NCBI RefSeq assembly: GCF_964355755.1
Contig: NC_092679.1
Span: 4,928,201 to 4,992,200 of the forward strand
Source of the DNA: Antedon mediterranea
Lineage: Eukaryota; Animalia; Echinodermata
Reading direction: 5' to 3'
DNA length: 64,000 nt
Shown: piece after piece, positions 61,101-64,000 of the stretch
Layout: the number at the start of each line of letters is the position of its first letter
How positions within the stretch are numbered: the first letter of the stretch is position 1
Position numbers and translations under genes: made by a program
The notes under the pieces: generated by a model
Databases searched by the model: none
Seen by the model: the letters and a program-made list of their open reading frames with translations, nothing else
What the model was told of the DNA's origin: nothing

Positions 61101-64000
61101 TATTATAATAATATATACATTGTTTATTTTTTTTACCAGTAGTTTGACTGTTGTCAAAAGTTGTAGGGTTGTTGCCGGCTGAAAATATGAGTTCATAAAA
61201 AAAGATAATTTAATAATTTTAGCAATCCATAGTAAACAACGCTAACAGTGCTTAAATTATGTGTATTATAATAATATATACATTATCTTTATTTTGTTAC
61301 CAGTAGTTTGGCGGTTGTCGAAAGTTGTAGGATTGTTTCCGTCTGAAAATTAAAATGTGAAAACAATATGAAAATATATTTATAATCCATGTAAACAGTA
61401 ATGGCATTGTTTCTTTTTCATTAGTTTCTTATGAAGAACTTACGAGTAGTCTGTTGGTTGTCGAAAGTTGTAGGATTGTTCCCTGCTGAAAAGTCAAATG
61501 TGAAAACAATATGAAAATACATAAAAAAATCCTTGTAAACAATAATGGCATTGTTTCTTTTCATGAGTTTCTTATGATTAACTTACGAGTAGTCTGGTGG
61601 TTGTCGAAAGTTGTAGGATTGTTCCCGGCTGAAAAGTAATATCAAAATACAATTCAATATTTCAATAATCCATGTATACAACGGTGAAAATGTTGTTTCT
61701 ATATTTCATAATTTATCTACTTACGAGAAGTCGGGTGGTTTTCGGCTGAAATTCCAATTTAAAAGCAAACAATTAAATAAAATCCATGTAAAACGTTTAA
61801 ATTGTTTATACTTAATTAATTATGAAGCACTTACGAGTAGTCTGGTGGTTGTCGAAGGTTGTAGGGTTATTTTCGCCTGAAAAGTAAATTTTTTTAAACT
61901 ACAATTAAAATCCATGTAAAAACGTTACCATTATTTATATTTCATAATTTCTTATGAAGAACTTACGAGTAGTCTGGTGGTTGTCGAAAGTTGTCGGATT
62001 GTTGTATTCTGGTGGAATAAATAATGAATAACATTACCTCTCTAATTTTTCAGATGTGGTAAACAGTTTTTAGTTTAACAATTAAACAATATTTCAAATA
62101 GTGCCGTGAATAGTGAATGAAATATATATTTTTCATTCGATAAATCTTCCTTTACATAAACTTATTTAAATTATTATTATTATTTTAATTTATTCTTATT
62201 GATAAGCCGTGGATAATGGTATCTAGGCCTACATATTGGAAAAGCATAATAATGGATCTGTAGGTATTCAAATTACCTGTTGGCTGTATAGGAACTGTGG
62301 TAGCTGAAATAAAACAACACATGTGATTAAGACGTTAAATAATATATCATGTTAAAACTCAGACGTTCTGGTAATTTTATTTTTTTTAGACTTCTTAGGA
62401 TTAACAAATTCGTTATCTTATTGTTTTCTATTTGATTAAAACAATGTAAAGGATTCAGCGGAATTGAGGTTTCATCTTTTTTTCTTTATCTTTTTGTTTT
62501 GTTTATTATTAGCCAGTTTATTTATTTATTTGTTGACCATACACCTTTGAATCGGTGGCACTCACAATATTTGGTGCGGTCCAATAAACAAAACAGAACA
62601 AAACATATTGAAAATAAAAAAAACATGAACAACTAAATGTCGATTTAAAATTTAGTTTTTTTGCATAGTTTATTATTTCTGTCGAATTTAAATAACAGAA
62701 AGTTTCCGTTATAATTTAAATTACAGAAAAATGGATCACTGGATGCGTGATGCATGGTTTGTGGTCATGCAGATGATGAACATTTGTGGCCATATGGTGA
62801 AGATAATCGCGATGCTACTGATAACAAAGTGTAGGCCGTACTTACATTCAGGACACTTCCCTTCACTTATCACTATATTGTCAACAGCAATATCTCCTTT
62901 GTTATCATACCCTGCCACTCCTTCAAAAAACACATAATTCTTTGGATCGTAAAAATAGTAGTTGAGGTTGACAAAATCGCTGGAACCATAGTGCCATCCG
63001 GGACCTTGATTCCCATTCATGGTCCAATAGGATAACGCGTTTGTAGAGCTCACTTGATACCAAAGTCGTAATTGGTTGACGCCACTTCCATCCATGTTGT
63101 AGTAAAACTCTACACAAAAGTCGTACCATTCACCGGGCAGGATGGGGCTTTTTATCCGTGCGTTATCGGTATTCGAGGTTGAAGAAGTGTTTATGTATAT
63201 ATAGAAATCATCTACAAAATAAAATAGAGCAACATTTGTTTGAAACCTGATTGGTAACATAATATATTTAAAACTTAAAAATACATTTTTATATTTTTGT
63301 TGTTGAATATGCTATTATAATGTCACATAATAGTTATTCACTTTGACCAAAAAAATTTGATTGAAAAAGGGAATTATTTAGGCCTACACAAAAAAATAAA
63401 CCAATTGAAAGCAAAAAAATATTCGTTTTTTTTTCCATTAAATTTAACCGTTTATTTTGTATTTTTATAAGTGAAAATCACTCTTTTTGTTCGTTTTTAG
63501 TCGCGTGGACGCGACTCTATAGTTCACTATGTCGGTCGGTCGGTCTGTCAATCTGTCGGTCTGTCGGTCTGTCTGTCGGTCCGGTATCACTATGCGTTTT
63601 AGCATGCGACTTATGGCTGTTGGTCTCTTGTTTCTACTGAAGTAAATAAATTAAATCTGCAAAATGGCCATTCAAAGTCTGATATTAATTAATCTTCATT
63701 CTCAATGTAGTTTTTGGAGGAAATACATTTTAAAGAGAAAAAATGTAATACGACATGTAATTACTTGCATTTCCCGATTGGCCATTGGTTGAAACTGCAT
63801 TACCATTCAGCGTAGCTCCAGAAGAACGTGACCAATCGAAATTGTCCATCCAAGTTTCTTGGACCCATCCGTCAAAGCCTGTTTCAAAGTCCGAGGTGAT
63901 GACAGTGCTGTACTGCGAAGATACTGTGTAGAAAATAATTGATATTTAAAAGAGAAAACTCACCGCACTACAACAACTGACAAAACATGCGTAGCCGGCC
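58132..64000 (-). CDS. Type I membrane protein: MAM domain, Thr-rich micro-exon repeats, ZP module, furin site, TM, short tail (start lies just beyond the window)
   Basis: MAM: SDFETGFDGWVQETWMDNFDWSR (~63765-63913) and ARIKSP...FCVEFYYNMDGSGVNQLRL...GNQGPGWH...GDIAVDNIVISEGKC (~62845-63211). ZP: LVCSDTGMTLYI...YDRCGT (~60136-60317), KLYIDKCVAT...YDIITN (~59454-59856) and VYVHCEMSVC...CSRNCNQRVTR (~58651-58814). Last exon 58132-58301: LIGVFVAMNVVFLVGASLYVKKRR...YDYQPLIAE*. Confidence 0.88.
60992..62008 (-). repeat. Tandem array of duplicated 42-nt phase-1 micro-exons with homologous introns
   Basis: Exons 61967-62008, 61835-61876, 61725-61745 (21 nt), 61587-61628, 61444-61485, 61301-61342, 61137-61178 and 60992-61033. 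Each is bounded by CAG and GTAA and encodes approximately xGNNPTTFDNHQTT. Confidence 0.88.

Overview
AT-rich, intron-containing animal genomic DNA, probably from a marine invertebrate deuterostome (inferred from the gene and SINE families; I cannot determine the species). Five host genes can be built by hand: (1) an innexin/pannexin-family channel gene (+, 7293-9822) whose exon 2 is cleanly split by a non-autonomous Helitron; (2) a divergent nuclear receptor (-, ~15789-19141) with an unusual CEGCKC P-box and an eroded ligand-binding domain; (3) a 173-aa single-domain 'short-chain' asparaginase (+, 23494-24684); (4) a ~35-exon pecanex gene (+, 33397-55936) containing a U12-type intron; (5) a MAM + Thr-rich micro-exon array + ZP membrane protein (-, 58132 to beyond 64000). 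Mobile and repetitive DNA includes a >6 kb foldback of ~102-bp hairpin monomers, a decayed Zisupton/KDZ-like transposon with modular TIRs, two related Helitrons, two tRNA-derived SINEs, a LINE 3' fragment sharing a stem-loop tail with one SINE, Penelope-like remnants with hammerhead-like cores, and many MITEs. All exon structures and family assignments were made by eye, without database searches.
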